A DNA stretch of 64,000 nucleotides from the NCBI GenBank assembly GCA_965200245.1, contig CBDATS010000004.1, positions 288,001-352,000 of the forward strand, read 5' to 3'. Numbering within the stretch: position 1 is the stretch's first letter; the number at the start of each line of letters is the position of its first letter. Source of the stretch: a bacterium (GTDB taxonomy: Bacteria > UBA8248). The position numbers were made by a program, and so were the translations under genes. Below the pieces are notes generated by a model. That model saw only the letters and a program-made list of their open reading frames with translations, had not been told where the DNA came from and did not search any database. This document shows, piece by piece, positions 20,841 through 31,361 of the stretch.

Positions 20841-22057
20841 CAGTGCGCTTCCTCGTCATCGAGCATTTCTGACAATAATCCCTCCGCCTGATGCACATCC
20901 TTGTCTCCCCGACCCGAGAGGCATACCACCACGGTCTTGATCTCACCCGCCTCCCTCACCTCCCTAGCCAGTCGATCCAGACAGGAAATCGCATGGGCAC
21001 TCTCGAAGGCGGGAATGATACCCTCCAGCAAGGAGAGTTTCTGGAACGCCTTGAGTGCGTCGTGGTCTTCGACGGTCACGTAGCGCGCCCGCCCGGAATC
21101 CTTCAAATGGGAGTGTTCGGGACCCACACCCGGATAATCGAGACCCGCGGATACCGAATGGGCGGGTATGATCTGCCCGTCATCGTCATAGAGCAGGAAT
21201 GTCTCACAGCCATGCAAGACGCCCACGCGCCCGGCCGTCAAGGACGCGCCGTGTTCTTCGGTATCCAGACCTCTGCCGCCTGCTTCCACGCCAATGAGTT
21301 CGACGCCCTCATCATCCACAAATGGATGGAACAGGCCAATGGAGTTACTGCCACCCCCCACGCAGGCCACACATGCGTCGGGAAGCCTGCCTTCGGCTTC
21401 CAAAATTTGCGCGCGCGCCTCACGCCCGATGACGGACTGGAAATCGCGTATCATCCTGGGAAACGGATGCGGTCCCACCACCGACCCTATGATGTAGTGG
21501 GTCGTCCGCACCGAGGCCGTCCAGTCTCGAAGCGTCTCGTTCGTGGCGTCCTTAAGGGTCTTGCTGCCCGAGGTGACCGGAATCACCCTCGCGCCCAGGA
21601 GGCGCATGCGGAACACGTTGAGCGATTGCCTGCCGATGTCCTCCTCTCCCATGTAGATGTCGCAATCGAGGCCGAACAGCGCCGCCGCCGTCGCGGTGGC
21701 GACACCGTGCTGGCCCGCGCCCGTCTCCGCGATGATGCGCGTTTTCCCCAGCCTCCTGGCCAGAAGGACCTGGGCGAGCGTGTTGTTTATCTTGTGTGCG
21801 CCCGTGTGGCAGAGGTCCTCGCGCTTGAGATAGACCCTGAGCGCACCCAGGTCGTCGGAGAGACGCTCCGCCAGATAGAGCGGTGTGGGCCTGCCCACGA
21901 ATTTTTGAAGATAATCGGCGAGTTCCTCGTGATAGGCCGGATCGTCGCGGACCTCCTCGTAAGAGACTTCGAGTTCTTCCAGTGCGGGCATGAGCGTTTC
22001 GGGGACGTAGCGCCCCCCGAAGCGACCAAACCTTCCTTTCGAGATCAGTTCGCTCAT
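20840..22057 (-). CDS. trpB: Tryptophan synthase beta chain
   Basis: [46 protein letters not shown]. Confidence 0.98.
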   Translation of the reverse strand: MSELISKGRFGRFGGRYVPETLMPALEELEVSYEEVRDDPAYHEELADYLQKFVGRPTPLYLAERLSDDLGALRVYLKREDLCHTGAHKINNTLAQVLLARRLGKTRIIAETGAGQHGVATATAAALFGLDCDIYMGEEDIGRQSLNVFRMRLLGARVIPVTSGSKTLKDATNETLRDWTASVRTTHYIIGSVVGPHPFPRMIRDFQSVIGREARAQILEAEGRLPDACVACVGGGSNSIGLFHPFVDDEGVELIGVEAGGRGLDTEEHGASLTAGRVGVLHGCETFLLYDDDGQIIPAHSVSAGLDYPGVGPEHSHLKDSGRARYVTVEDHDALKAFQKLSLLEGIIPAFESAHAISCLDRLAREVREAGEIKTVVVCLSGRGDKDVHQAEGLLSEMLDDEEAH

Positions 22058-22704
22058 ATCCTCGTTTCCTTGAGTTCCGATATCGCAGCGCGCGTGTTTT
22101 GAATGAAATCCAGGACCCGCTTCGGGTCCTTGCGGGCCAAAACCGCGCCCTCCAGTCCGCTGCTCGCATCCACTCCGTAGGGCTGAACTCTCCTCACGGC
22201 CTCAGCCACGTTTTCGGGTTTCAGGCCGCCGGACAGAATGATGGGTCTCGCCTCCGCTGCCTGACTGGCCAATTCCCAATCAAAGGTCTCGCCGGTGCCT
22301 CCGAGTGCACCCTTCACATAGGCGTCGAGCAAAATGGCGCATCCGGTGAAGTCGTCTATCTGCGCTATCGTTTCGGGTCCTTTCACCCTCAAACCCCGAA
22401 TCACGCGCAAACCCTGTTCCACGAGCCTGCGGCAATCCTCCGGTGACTCGTCGCCATGAAGCTGCGCCACGTCCAAGCCGACTCGACGCGCGATTTCCAT
22501 CACGCGTTCCGGCGCCTCGTTCACGAAGACACCGACTCGCGCCCCGAAAGGAGGCAGCGCCTCGGCCATCTTCCTCGCCTGCTCCACCTCCAGACACCTT
22601 GGAGTACCCGGAACGAAATTCATTCCCAGCGCGTCGGCACCCGCCGCCAAGGCGAATTCCGCGTCCTCGGCAGTCGTGACTCCACAGACCTTCACGCGGA
22701 TCAT
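22054..22704 (-). CDS. trpF: Phosphoribosylanthranilate isomerase
   Basis: [31 protein letters not shown]. Confidence 0.95.
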   Translation of the reverse strand: MIRVKVCGVTTAEDAEFALAAGADALGMNFVPGTPRCLEVEQARKMAEALPPFGARVGVFVNEAPERVMEIARRVGLDVAQLHGDESPEDCRRLVEQGLRVIRGLRVKGPETIAQIDDFTGCAILLDAYVKGALGGTGETFDWELASQAAEARPIILSGGLKPENVAEAVRRVQPYGVDASSGLEGAVLARKDPKRVLDFIQNTRAAISELKETRI

Positions 22705-22876
22705 CCGGTGTTCCCCTTCCCGGCGGAGCGAGCATTTATAGCACAGAGTCGAAGCGCAAGCCTAGCGCGCAGGATGCCATGCGGGGGATATGGAGCAACG
22801 AGACGGGAAGATCCCATGGGATGGAGAGAGTGCGACGTGCAGGGTCTGAGGGTAAGGCTGCGAAGGGTAAGGGCCG

Positions 22877-23590
22877 CTAGCCGCCGCCCAGATACATCAT
22901 CTTGACTTCCTGATTGTTCAGGAGTTCGTGGCCGCCGCCCTCATAGCGGTTCCTGCCGAGTTCAAGCACATAGCCCCGGTCTGAAATTTCAAGGGCACGC
23001 GCGGCGTTCTGCTCAACGAGCATGATGGTAAGCCCCTCCTTGGCGAGCCCCACGATTTTCTCGAACACTTCCGTCACGAAGCGGGGACTGAGACCCAAAG
23101 ACGGCTCGTCCAGCATGATCATCGTGGGCCTCGTCATCAGGGCACGGCCCATGGCCAGCATCTGCTGCTCACCACCGCTCATCGTGCCCGCCAACTGCTT
23201 CTGCCGCTCGCCGAGGCGCGGGAATAACGTGAAGACATAGTCCATGGCGTCGTCGATTTTCTTCTGATCGCGCTCGATGTAAGCCCCCATCTCGAGGTTT
23301 TCCTGTACCGTCATCTGGTTGAAGACGATGCGCCCCTGCGGCACGTAGCCCAGACCGCGGCCCAGAATCTGGTCGGGGCGGTAGCCCACGATATTCTGCC
23401 CCTCGAACTCGATTTCGCCGCCGAGGTAGTTGATGAAACCCATGATGATCTTGAAGGTAGTGGATTTTCCCGCGCCGTTGGGCCCGATGACGGCCACCAC
23501 CTCGTCTTCGTTCACATGGAGCGACACGTCATGGAGTATCTGGATTCGGCCATAAGCCGCGTTTACATCCTTGAGTTCTAATAGCGCCAT
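22877..23590 (-). CDS. livF: Branched-chain amino acid ABC transporter ATPase
   Basis: GPNGAGKS, AGTMSGGEQQMLA, LDEPSLGLSP, LVEQN. Confidence 0.92.
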   Translation of the reverse strand: MALLELKDVNAAYGRIQILHDVSLHVNEDEVVAVIGPNGAGKSTTFKIIMGFINYLGGEIEFEGQNIVGYRPDQILGRGLGYVPQGRIVFNQMTVQENLEMGAYIERDQKKIDDAMDYVFTLFPRLGERQKQLAGTMSGGEQQMLAMGRALMTRPTMIMLDEPSLGLSPRFVTEVFEKIVGLAKEGLTIMLVEQNAARALEISDRGYVLELGRNRYEGGGHELLNNQEVKMMYLGGG

Positions 23591-24316
23591 TTATCTGTGT
23601 CCAAAATATGCTTCGATAACATCTTCATTCTTCTGAATGTCCTCGGGCAGACCCTCGGCGATTTTAACGCCATAGTCAAGCACGAAGACCTTTTCGCAGT
23701 GGTTCATGATGACGTTCATGTCGTGCTCGACAATGAGAATTGTCTTGCCCTGATCTTCCTGAAGGTGATGAATATGGTCTAACAGGTTGTTGAGCAGCGT
23801 TCTGTTGACGCCGGCGGCCGGCTCATCAAGGAGAATGAGGTCCGGGTCCGTCATCAGTGCGCGGGCGAATTCGAGGAGTTTTTGCTGGCCGTAAGAGAGG
23901 TTCCCGCCATATTCGCCGCGAAGTTTCGTGAGCGTGACGAACTCCATCAACTCCTCCGCCCGCTCGCGCGCCTCGCGCACGGGCATCTTCATGCTCGAGG
24001 CAGAGAGCATGTTCTCGAACACCGTCATCTCACGGTAGATGCGGGTAATCTGGAAGGTGCGGCTGATACCCCTGTTGAAGACTTCATAGGGTTTGAAGCC
24101 GACGATGTTCTCTCCGTTGTAGAACACCTCGCCACTGTCCGCCTCGAGAACACCCGTGAGCAGGTTGAACGTGGTAGTCTTGCCGGAACCGTTCGGTCCG
24201 ATCAGGCCAGATATCTGGCCCTTGGGCACCTGGAACGTGCATCCGTCCACCGCCTTGATTCCCCCGAAATACTTTTTCAGGTTCTGAATGTCGAGGGCAA
24301 TTTCCGTGTCGGCCAT
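23591..24316 (-). CDS. livG: Branched-chain amino acid ABC transporter ATPase
   Basis: GPNGSGKTT, RTFQ, LSYGQQK, LDEPAAG, VEHDM, AYFG. Confidence 0.92.
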   Translation of the reverse strand: MADTEIALDIQNLKKYFGGIKAVDGCTFQVPKGQISGLIGPNGSGKTTTFNLLTGVLEADSGEVFYNGENIVGFKPYEVFNRGISRTFQITRIYREMTVFENMLSASSMKMPVREARERAEELMEFVTLTKLRGEYGGNLSYGQQKLLEFARALMTDPDLILLDEPAAGVNRTLLNNLLDHIHHLQEDQGKTILIVEHDMNVIMNHCEKVFVLDYGVKIAEGLPEDIQKNEDVIEAYFGHR

Positions 24317-24337
24317 TTTCTTGCGTTGCTCCGTTTC

Positions 24338-25276
24338 TTAGTGAACCATGCCCTTTCGCGCCCAGCCCTTGTCGATAGCAAATCCCATCAGACCACGAGG
24401 CATGAAGCGGGCCACGAGGACGATAAAGATGCCGAAGGCAATGAGATGCGCCGTCGGGAACTTCACCCAGGTGATTTCCTGAACAATATACAGGACAAAC
24501 GTGCCCAGAATGGGGCCGATCACCGTTCCCTTGCCGCCAAACATGGCGAAGAGTTTCATGTAGATGGTAACGAGGATGAAAAACTCGGTTTCGGGGTCGA
24601 TGTAGAGAACCTTGTACGCCTGAATGCCGCCAGCCGCCGCCGGGAAAATGGCGGAGAGCGCGAAGGCGGAGAGCTTGTAGAACGTGGTGTTGATACCCAG
24701 ACTCTCCGCGGCAATTTCGTCCTCGCGTATGGCGTTCAGGCGGATCCCGAACCTCGAATGTCCTACCCAATAAGACACGACAATGGTAATGACCATGACC
24801 ACCAGCATGGCGAAATATGTTTCGAAGGAATTCTCCACGTTGGGCAGCCCGATCCCCTCGCCGCCGTGCGTGAGATCCTCCCACACCGTGGCCACCACGC
24901 GCGTGCCCTCCGCAGCACCAAGCATGGCAATGGCGAAATACGGGCCTTTCAGACGCAGAACCGGAAAACCGATTACCAACGAGATCACGAAGGAGACGAA
25001 TACACCCGCGAAAAGGGTCGGAATCCAGTGCCAGCCGTAGTCGACCACCAGAATGGCCGTGGCGTAGGCACCGATGCCATAGAACATGACGTGGCCGAAA
25101 GAAACGTAGCCCGTGTAACCGCTGATGATGTTCCAACTCAAGGAGAGAACGACGTACATCATCGTGAACATCATGACGGAGCGCAGATACAGATTGATTT
25201 GCGAGGGCAACGCACACAGGATGACTGTGAATATGGCCAGCATCCCGAAGTTGCGGAGGTGTTCTTTTTGGGCCAT
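24338..25276 (-). CDS. livM: Branched-chain amino acid ABC permease
   Basis: GYVSFGH, LRLKGPYFAI, AIREDEIAAESLG. Confidence 0.9.
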   Translation of the reverse strand: MAQKEHLRNFGMLAIFTVILCALPSQINLYLRSVMMFTMMYVVLSLSWNIISGYTGYVSFGHVMFYGIGAYATAILVVDYGWHWIPTLFAGVFVSFVISLVIGFPVLRLKGPYFAIAMLGAAEGTRVVATVWEDLTHGGEGIGLPNVENSFETYFAMLVVMVITIVVSYWVGHSRFGIRLNAIREDEIAAESLGINTTFYKLSAFALSAIFPAAAGGIQAYKVLYIDPETEFFILVTIYMKLFAMFGGKGTVIGPILGTFVLYIVQEITWVKFPTAHLIAFGIFIVLVARFMPRGLMGFAIDKGWARKGMVH

Positions 25277-25287
25277 TCAAAGCTCTC

Positions 25288-26277
25288 CTAGATTTCTTTC
25301 GGCCCCATCAGGCCGCGAGGCCTGATCAGCAGCACGAAAACCATCATCCCGTAAGATGCAATTTCCACCATGGCAGTGCCGTTGGGAATCATGAAGGAGA
25401 TGAGGCTCTCGATTACCGCGAGCATCACCCCTCCAATGAGCGCACCGATATAGTGGCCCCTGCCTCCGAGTACGATGATGGCGAAGGCTTGCAGTGTATA
25501 CAAGACGCCCGTTTCCGGGTTGAAGCCGAATTGAATCGACACCAAGGCGCCGCCTGCCACCGCAAGCGCCGCGGCAAGGCCTGAGGTAATCATGTAGATA
25601 TGGAAAATGTTGATGCCGCAGACCATGGCAACATCCGCGTTTTGCGCCGTCGCGCGGATTGCCTTGCCGATACGATGCAGTTTCAGAAAAACGAAAACAC
25701 TGATGGAGATGAAGGCGGCCATCACGAAGCTGATGATCTTGCTCTTGCTCACCGCGATGGATTCCGTGACTTGCAGCGCGTCGGGCGCGTAGGGGATGGT
25801 GCGGTAATCGGTGGTGAAGATTGCCTCCACGATATGGATGATCGTGAGACCCAGACCGAAAGTGATCAGCAGGGGCGTCAGTTCCGGTCCGCCGACCACG
25901 GCGTTCAACAAAAGCTTCTGGATAAGGAGTCCGATGACGAAAGCGATGGGGAGCGTAAGGAACAATGCGAGGAGCGGGTCGATCCCCACGAAGAAAAAGA
26001 ACATCCAAGTCAGATAGGCGCCCAGCATCACCAGTTCACCATGCGCCACGTTGATGATGCGCATGACGCCGAAGATGAGAGTGAGCCCCACGGCGAACAT
26101 GGCGTAAACGCCGCCCTGCATGATGCCGTTCAGAATGACGGTGGTCAGATCCGCCAGCCACTGAAGGTCGAAAAAGACGTTTTCCGTATAGATACCGACG
26201 GCAAAGGGAATCGTGTAGGCCGCGACCAAAAACACCGCCAGCCAGTATTTGCTACGGATTTCCGCTCTTTCCTGCAT
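25288..26277 (-). CDS. livH: Branched-chain amino acid ABC permease
   Basis: GLTLIFGVMRIINVAHG, GKAIRATAQN, IIVLGG. Confidence 0.9.
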   Translation of the reverse strand: MQERAEIRSKYWLAVFLVAAYTIPFAVGIYTENVFFDLQWLADLTTVILNGIMQGGVYAMFAVGLTLIFGVMRIINVAHGELVMLGAYLTWMFFFFVGIDPLLALFLTLPIAFVIGLLIQKLLLNAVVGGPELTPLLITFGLGLTIIHIVEAIFTTDYRTIPYAPDALQVTESIAVSKSKIISFVMAAFISISVFVFLKLHRIGKAIRATAQNADVAMVCGINIFHIYMITSGLAAALAVAGGALVSIQFGFNPETGVLYTLQAFAIIVLGGRGHYIGALIGGVMLAVIESLISFMIPNGTAMVEIASYGMMVFVLLIRPRGLMGPKEI

Positions 26278-26329
26278 GAGAAATTATTTCCCCGAAATAC
26301 TATTGCACAAAAAATCGGATACTTTCGCC

Positions 26330-26366
26330 TTCGCGCCGGGACCGTGTTCAACAGCCCCGGCGCGAA
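26330..26366. terminator. Intergenic hairpin between the binding-protein gene and livH
   Basis: TTCGCGCCGGG...CCCGGCGCGAA inverted repeat. Confidence 0.5.
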
Positions 26367-26410
26367 AGTTCAAGAGTGTGTATTGCATTTTCACGTTTAA
26401 CGCAACCCAC

Positions 26411-27607
26411 CTAGTTCTTGCCCCTCTCTTTCCACTTGGGCATCGGCAGCTTGTAGGGAACTTCCGATATCTTCTTGGGCCATACTATCTTGCGCTTGCC
26501 GTCGAGAATCTGGAAGGTCAATCCCTCATGCTGGTTCAGGTTGGTGTCGTCCACTTTCCAGGGACCGATGATGGTAGTGGTCTTCATCGTGCGCAGCGTC
26601 TTCCACACCTTGTCCCGATCCGCAGAGCCGGCTTTCGCAACCGCGTCACCGAAAATCTGCAGGGAGGCGTAGGACTGACCCGCGTGGTAGTTCGGCTTCA
26701 CGCCGTAGCGTTTTTCATAAGCGTCGATGAACTCCTTCATGCCGGGCCTCTTGAGGATGTCCGGTTTCGGTTCCCACTGGCTGAAGCCGAGAACGTACTC
26801 GGCCGTGTCGCCGAGTTGTTTGGCGAACTTCGGAAGACCGGGACCGACGGTTCCGGCAAAAATCTTGAGGTTGATGTTGAGTTCGCGAAGCTGGCGAATC
26901 TGCGCCGCGGCGTCCGCGAAGTAACTGTTCGAGATAAGCGCTTCCGCGCGACGTGCCTTGATTTTCTGCAGCAACGCAGTGAAATCGGTCTGTTTCCGGG
27001 GATAGTTCTCGTTCAGCACTACCTTGAGGCCGAGCTTTTTCGCCCAGTCCACGGCGCCTTCCGCCGACTGGCGCGGGAAGAGGCTGTCTTCTCCGACGAT
27101 GGCGATTCGCTTTACGCCGATGTCCTTGGCGATGTGAATCGCGCCCTTCTGGTAGTCCTGCGCGACGGCGATGATGTTGAACAGATACTTGCGGCCCTTC
27201 TTCCAGATGATGCCCGAAGACGCGCCCGGCGCCATCGTGGGATACTTGTACCTTTCCAGCACGTTGGCCACGGCGTCGGTGATGCCGCTTGAGTAGGGGC
27301 CGATGGTCAGATTGACCTTATCCTGCGTGATCAGTTTCTCATAGAGCTTGATGCTGGTCTGTTTGTCCGATTTGTCGTCCAGGATGGTGAAGTCGATTTT
27401 CTTGCCGTTCCAGCCTTTACCAGCGTTCACCTGATCCACGTACAGCTTGTAGGAGTTCACCATACGTCCGGCGGGCTCGGCGTAACGACCCGTCTGCGAA
27501 ATGGCGATTCCCAAGGTGACCTTGTCCATCGCGTAGCCTTTCTCCACAAAGGGAGCAGCCGTGAGTGCGAGAACAAAGCCGAGTCCCAATACAAGGCTTT
27601 TCTTCAT
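26411..27607 (-). CDS. Liv-type ABC substrate-binding protein (copy 1)
   Basis: Signal peptide, SQTGRYA, DDKSD, GPYSS, DFTALLQKIK. Confidence 0.9.
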   Translation of the reverse strand: MKKSLVLGLGFVLALTAAPFVEKGYAMDKVTLGIAISQTGRYAEPAGRMVNSYKLYVDQVNAGKGWNGKKIDFTILDDKSDKQTSIKLYEKLITQDKVNLTIGPYSSGITDAVANVLERYKYPTMAPGASSGIIWKKGRKYLFNIIAVAQDYQKGAIHIAKDIGVKRIAIVGEDSLFPRQSAEGAVDWAKKLGLKVVLNENYPRKQTDFTALLQKIKARRAEALISNSYFADAAAQIRQLRELNINLKIFAGTVGPGLPKFAKQLGDTAEYVLGFSQWEPKPDILKRPGMKEFIDAYEKRYGVKPNYHAGQSYASLQIFGDAVAKAGSADRDKVWKTLRTMKTTTIIGPWKVDDTNLNQHEGLTFQILDGKRKIVWPKKISEVPYKLPMPKWKERGKN

Positions 27608-27873
27608 TTCTTTTACACTCCTCTAGAAATAGAAACCAAAAAATCCTTTCGTGCTGCGGTCAAACAAAATGGAATTGCCATAGGTGCAGTAACGAACAAA
27701 TACACTCAATCCGACTGATTTCACATTCCCGAAAATTCAGTCTCTAGAAGTTCCGATTCCGCACCCAATCCCTTAATGGGTGCATCATGATACGAATATT
27801 GGTTCATATGTCAAAGGGGGTTTTTCGATAAATCGGGAGTGCCATTCCTGAGGGTATATCTCCCCCTACGAAA

Positions 27874-27907
27874 TCCCGCCCCGCGCTCAGCCAGGCGCGG
27901 GGCGGGA
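27874..27907 (-). terminator. Hairpin/terminator between the two binding-protein genes
   Basis: 13-bp stem TCCCGCCCCGCGC...GCGCGGGGCGGGA. Confidence 0.6.
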
Positions 27908-27954
27908 ATGAAAGCGTCACGCTTTGATGATACTGGCTTCTTGCGTTCCCCTCC

Positions 27955-29148
27955 CTAGTTCTTCGCCCTGTCTTTCCACTTGGGCATGGGCAGCTTGTAG
28001 GGGACTTCTGCAATCTTCTTCGGCCATACGATCTTGCGCTGGCCGTCGAGGATCTGGAAAGTCAGGCCGTCATGATCGTTGAGATTGTTCTCATCCACTT
28101 TCCATTTTCCCATGATGGTCTGGAACTGTGAGGTGCGCAGCGTCTTCCAGACCTTCTGGCGATCATACGAACCCGCCTTTTGAATCGCCTGCGTTTTAAT
28201 CTGCAGTGCCACCCAGGCGATGCCGGCGTGATAGTTCGGCTTCACGCCATGGCGCTTCACATACGAGTCGATGAAATGTTTCATGCCCGGGAACTTCAGG
28301 ATGTCGGGGCGCGGTTCCCACTGACTGAAGCCCAGCACGTATTCCGCCGTGGCGCCGAGTTGCTTGGCGAACTTGGGCAAACCCGGGCCGACGGTTCCGG
28401 CAAAAATCTTGAGGTTGATGTTGAGTTCGCGAAGCTGGCGAATCTGGGCTACGGAATCCGCGAAATAACTGTTCGAAATAAGCGCCTCCGCGCGACGCGC
28501 CTTGATTTTCTGGAGCAGTGCGGTGAAATCGGTCTGCTTGCGCGGATAGTTTTCGTTCAGCACTACCTTGATGCCGAGTTTCTTCGCCCACTCGACAGCA
28601 CCCTCGGCCGACTGCCTGGGGAACAGGCTGTCTTCGCCCACGATGGCGATTCGCTTCACCCCGATGTCTTTGGCGAGAAAAACCGCGCCCCTCTGATAGT
28701 TCTGGGCGATGGCGTTCTGGTTGAATAGGTACTTTCTGCCTTTCTTCCAGATGATACCCGAAGACGCGCCCGGGGCCAGCGTGGGATACTTGTACCTTTC
28801 CAGAATGTTGGCCACGGCGTCAGTGATACCGCTCGAATAGGGGCCGAGCGTATGGTCGACCTTGTCCTGCGTGATGAGTTTCTCGAAGAGCTTGATACTG
28901 GTCTGCTTGTCCGATTTGTCATCCAGAAGAGTAGCTTTAATCTTCTTGCCCAGCAGGCCGCCCTTGGCGTTTTGCTGATCGATGAACAGCTTGTAGGCAT
29001 TTACGAACCTGCCGGCGGGCTCTGCATAGCGACCCGTCTGGGAGATGGCCCCGCCGAAGTGAATCTCGTTCGCCGCCAGGGCCGGACTGGCGAGGAGCAC
29101 CGTCGTCACCCCAAATGCGATTGTGATGAAGATGCGAGCCACTTTCAT
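27955..29148 (-). CDS. Liv-type ABC substrate-binding protein (copy 2, close paralogue)
   Basis: Same motifs as copy 1, with long identical peptide blocks. Confidence 0.9.
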   Translation of the reverse strand: MKVARIFITIAFGVTTVLLASPALAANEIHFGGAISQTGRYAEPAGRFVNAYKLFIDQQNAKGGLLGKKIKATLLDDKSDKQTSIKLFEKLITQDKVDHTLGPYSSGITDAVANILERYKYPTLAPGASSGIIWKKGRKYLFNQNAIAQNYQRGAVFLAKDIGVKRIAIVGEDSLFPRQSAEGAVEWAKKLGIKVVLNENYPRKQTDFTALLQKIKARRAEALISNSYFADSVAQIRQLRELNINLKIFAGTVGPGLPKFAKQLGATAEYVLGFSQWEPRPDILKFPGMKHFIDSYVKRHGVKPNYHAGIAWVALQIKTQAIQKAGSYDRQKVWKTLRTSQFQTIMGKWKVDENNLNDHDGLTFQILDGQRKIVWPKKIAEVPYKLPMPKWKDRAKN

Positions 29149-29357
29149 TGTCTATCCTCCTTTCTGGTGGGAAAAACATCGAATCTCATGGCGGAAAATC
29201 CGCCCTTTCTCCAAATGTTTCCAAAGCAGGACGAAACGAAACTCTGTATGTGCGAATCAAAACCCACGAAACAGATATGCGTCAAAAACATCAAACGCCG
29301 TCTTCAGGCGTGATTCTCTGGTGGAATAGACAAATTCTAGCCGGAAGGGGAAAAATG

Positions 29358-29819
29358 TCAAACGTGCTGATTTTGCGCCTTTTGAGATTCGGCCGTCTCG
29401 GCGTCCACCGCGCAGCCCTCAACCCAGGCCACGCCGTTCTCGCCGTATTCCTTTTTCCATATCGGAACGATCTGCTTGATGCGGTCGATCGCGTAGCGGC
29501 ACGCCTTGAATGCCGCGTCCCGGTGTGCGGAGGCCGCCGCAATGCCCACCGCAATATCGCCGATTGCAAGAGTTCCCACCCGATGGGCCATCGCCAGATG
29601 CGCGACGCCGTAGCGCTCCTCGATCTCCTCAGCCACCTGGCGCATCTTCTTCTCTGCCATCTCGGGATAGGCGTGATATTCGAGATGCGTCACTCCCTGC
29701 CCCGCGCTGTGGTTGCGTACCTTGCCAACGAACGTACAGAACCCGCCCAACTCGGGGAAATCGAGACTGTCCGTCAACTCGTCCATGTCGACGGGAGATT
29801 CTGTGATGCGGCAAATCAT
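29358..29819 (-). CDS. moaE: Molybdopterin synthase catalytic subunit
   Basis: FVGKVRN, LEYHAY, HRVG, SAHR, PIWKKE. Confidence 0.93.
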   Translation of the reverse strand: MICRITESPVDMDELTDSLDFPELGGFCTFVGKVRNHSAGQGVTHLEYHAYPEMAEKKMRQVAEEIEERYGVAHLAMAHRVGTLAIGDIAVGIAAASAHRDAAFKACRYAIDRIKQIVPIWKKEYGENGVAWVEGCAVDAETAESQKAQNQHV

Positions 29820-30067
29820 GCGCAACCTCCGCTGATGGGTGGAATCAGCGCCAGTTCGTCGCCCGCATCCACTGGTGTGCCTTCGCCCGCAAACTCCTGG
29901 TTCACGGAGACGGCGATGGATTCCATGCGCCCGGAAAAAACCGGATATCGCTCGGCGAGACTCTCCCTCAAGTCGGCCACCGTGGCGCTTTCAGGCACTT
30001 CAAGGTCGATTTCATCCTCGCCCGTCACCTCGCGCGCCCAGGCGAAGCACTTGACACGGATTTTCAT
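29816..30067 (-). CDS. moaD: Molybdopterin synthase sulfur carrier
   Basis: FAWARE, AVSVNQEF, IPPISGG (followed by CA). Confidence 0.88.
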   Translation of the reverse strand: MKIRVKCFAWAREVTGEDEIDLEVPESATVADLRESLAERYPVFSGRMESIAVSVNQEFAGEGTPVDAGDELALIPPISGGCA

Positions 30068-30200
30068 GCGCTACCTCTCTCTGGATTCTGCGTATCTTGG
30101 TCTCAACCCGGGATGATAGATATTCCAACCGGCGGAATCAAGGGGGCGCTACCCATGACCGTTCTTCTTGTCCATCATTTTGGGGTGTATACTCCACTCC

Positions 30201-31361
30201 ATGAAAATCACCTCCCATCCAGAACTCTCCCAGGCCCTGGCGGATGCGCTCGAAGACGGCCCCATCCCCTTTCGTCGCTTCATGGAACTCGCCCTCTATC
30301 ACCCCCAAGGCGGTTACTATTGCCAGGAAAACCCGCGCATCGGCCCGGACGGGGATTTCTACACCTCTCCCCACCAAAGCCCCTGGATCGGGCGAATGAT
30401 TGCACCGCTGCACGAATCAATCCGCCGCCGTATGGGAGAACCGCCAGCGCTTCACGTTTGGGAATACGGCCCCGGCGAGGGGTGGCTCGCCTTCGACATC
30501 CTGGAGGGGGTTCGCCCATCCCCGGCAGACCCCCACCGGTCGTTTTCCTATACGTTCGCAGAACAAAGCCCGAAGGCCAGGACACGATTGCGGGAGAAAT
30601 TCCGGGACTCGGACGATGTTCGATTCGCCGACGCCTCCCGATATCCGCCCGAAGGCTTCGAGGGCGTCGTGCTCGCCCATGAGTTTCTGGATGCCCTGCC
30701 CGTGCACGCGCTCGTCCAGAAAGAAGGACACCTCAGGGAGAGGTACGTGATGCAGCGCAACGAGGAGTTCGTCTTCTGCGAGGGCACACTCTCAGATGAA
30801 CGCTTAAGCGGCTGGTTCCCGAATCTGGGCGTCCGGATTGCACCCGGCCATATGGTGGAGGTGAACCTTTGCGCCTTCGAATGGATGAACGAAACGGCGC
30901 GTCGAATGAAGCGGGGTGCCGTTTTGCTTTTCGACTACGGGTTTTCCGCACACGTCCTTTACGGTCCCGACCGACCGGACGGATCGCTGCGCGGCTACAG
31001 AAACCACACCCTCGTGACTGCCGTGCTCTCCCGGCCGGGGGAAACGGACCTCACCACTCACGTCGACTTCACCTCCATCCTCCGGGCAGCCGTCTCGCAG
31101 GGTATGGAGCTTGCCGGCTTCACCGATCAGACGCACTTTCTTCTGGGCGCGGGTCTTCCCCAGGCGGTGGAAAACATGGAGGGCGTGGACGATGAGAAGG
31201 CGAGGCGCGAGCGCCGGTCCATCATGGGTATCATGGACCCCACTGGTCTTGGCGGAGCTATCAAGGTGATGCTGCTTTCCAAGAATCTGGACCTGAGTGG
31301 TCTGAACGAATTCTCTATGAAGCCCGACGACAGGAAGTCTCTCGATACTCTCTTCGGCTAG
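30201..31361 (+). CDS. SAM-dependent methyltransferase, MidA/NDUFAF7 family
   Basis: FMELALYHP..GYY, GDFYTSP, EYGPGEG, HEFLDALP, FDYG, DLTTHVDF. Confidence 0.88.
   Translation: MKITSHPELSQALADALEDGPIPFRRFMELALYHPQGGYYCQENPRIGPDGDFYTSPHQSPWIGRMIAPLHESIRRRMGEPPALHVWEYGPGEGWLAFDILEGVRPSPADPHRSFSYTFAEQSPKARTRLREKFRDSDDVRFADASRYPPEGFEGVVLAHEFLDALPVHALVQKEGHLRERYVMQRNEEFVFCEGTLSDERLSGWFPNLGVRIAPGHMVEVNLCAFEWMNETARRMKRGAVLLFDYGFSAHVLYGPDRPDGSLRGYRNHTLVTAVLSRPGETDLTTHVDFTSILRAAVSQGMELAGFTDQTHFLLGAGLPQAVENMEGVDDEKARRERRSIMGIMDPTGLGGAIKVMLLSKNLDLSGLNEFSMKPDDRKSLDTLFG

Noticed and set aside
22705-22876. Short GGGTAAGG repeat upstream of trpF as an attenuator or CRISPR-like element
   Set aside because: Only two short copies, no Trp-rich leader peptide and no regular spacers.
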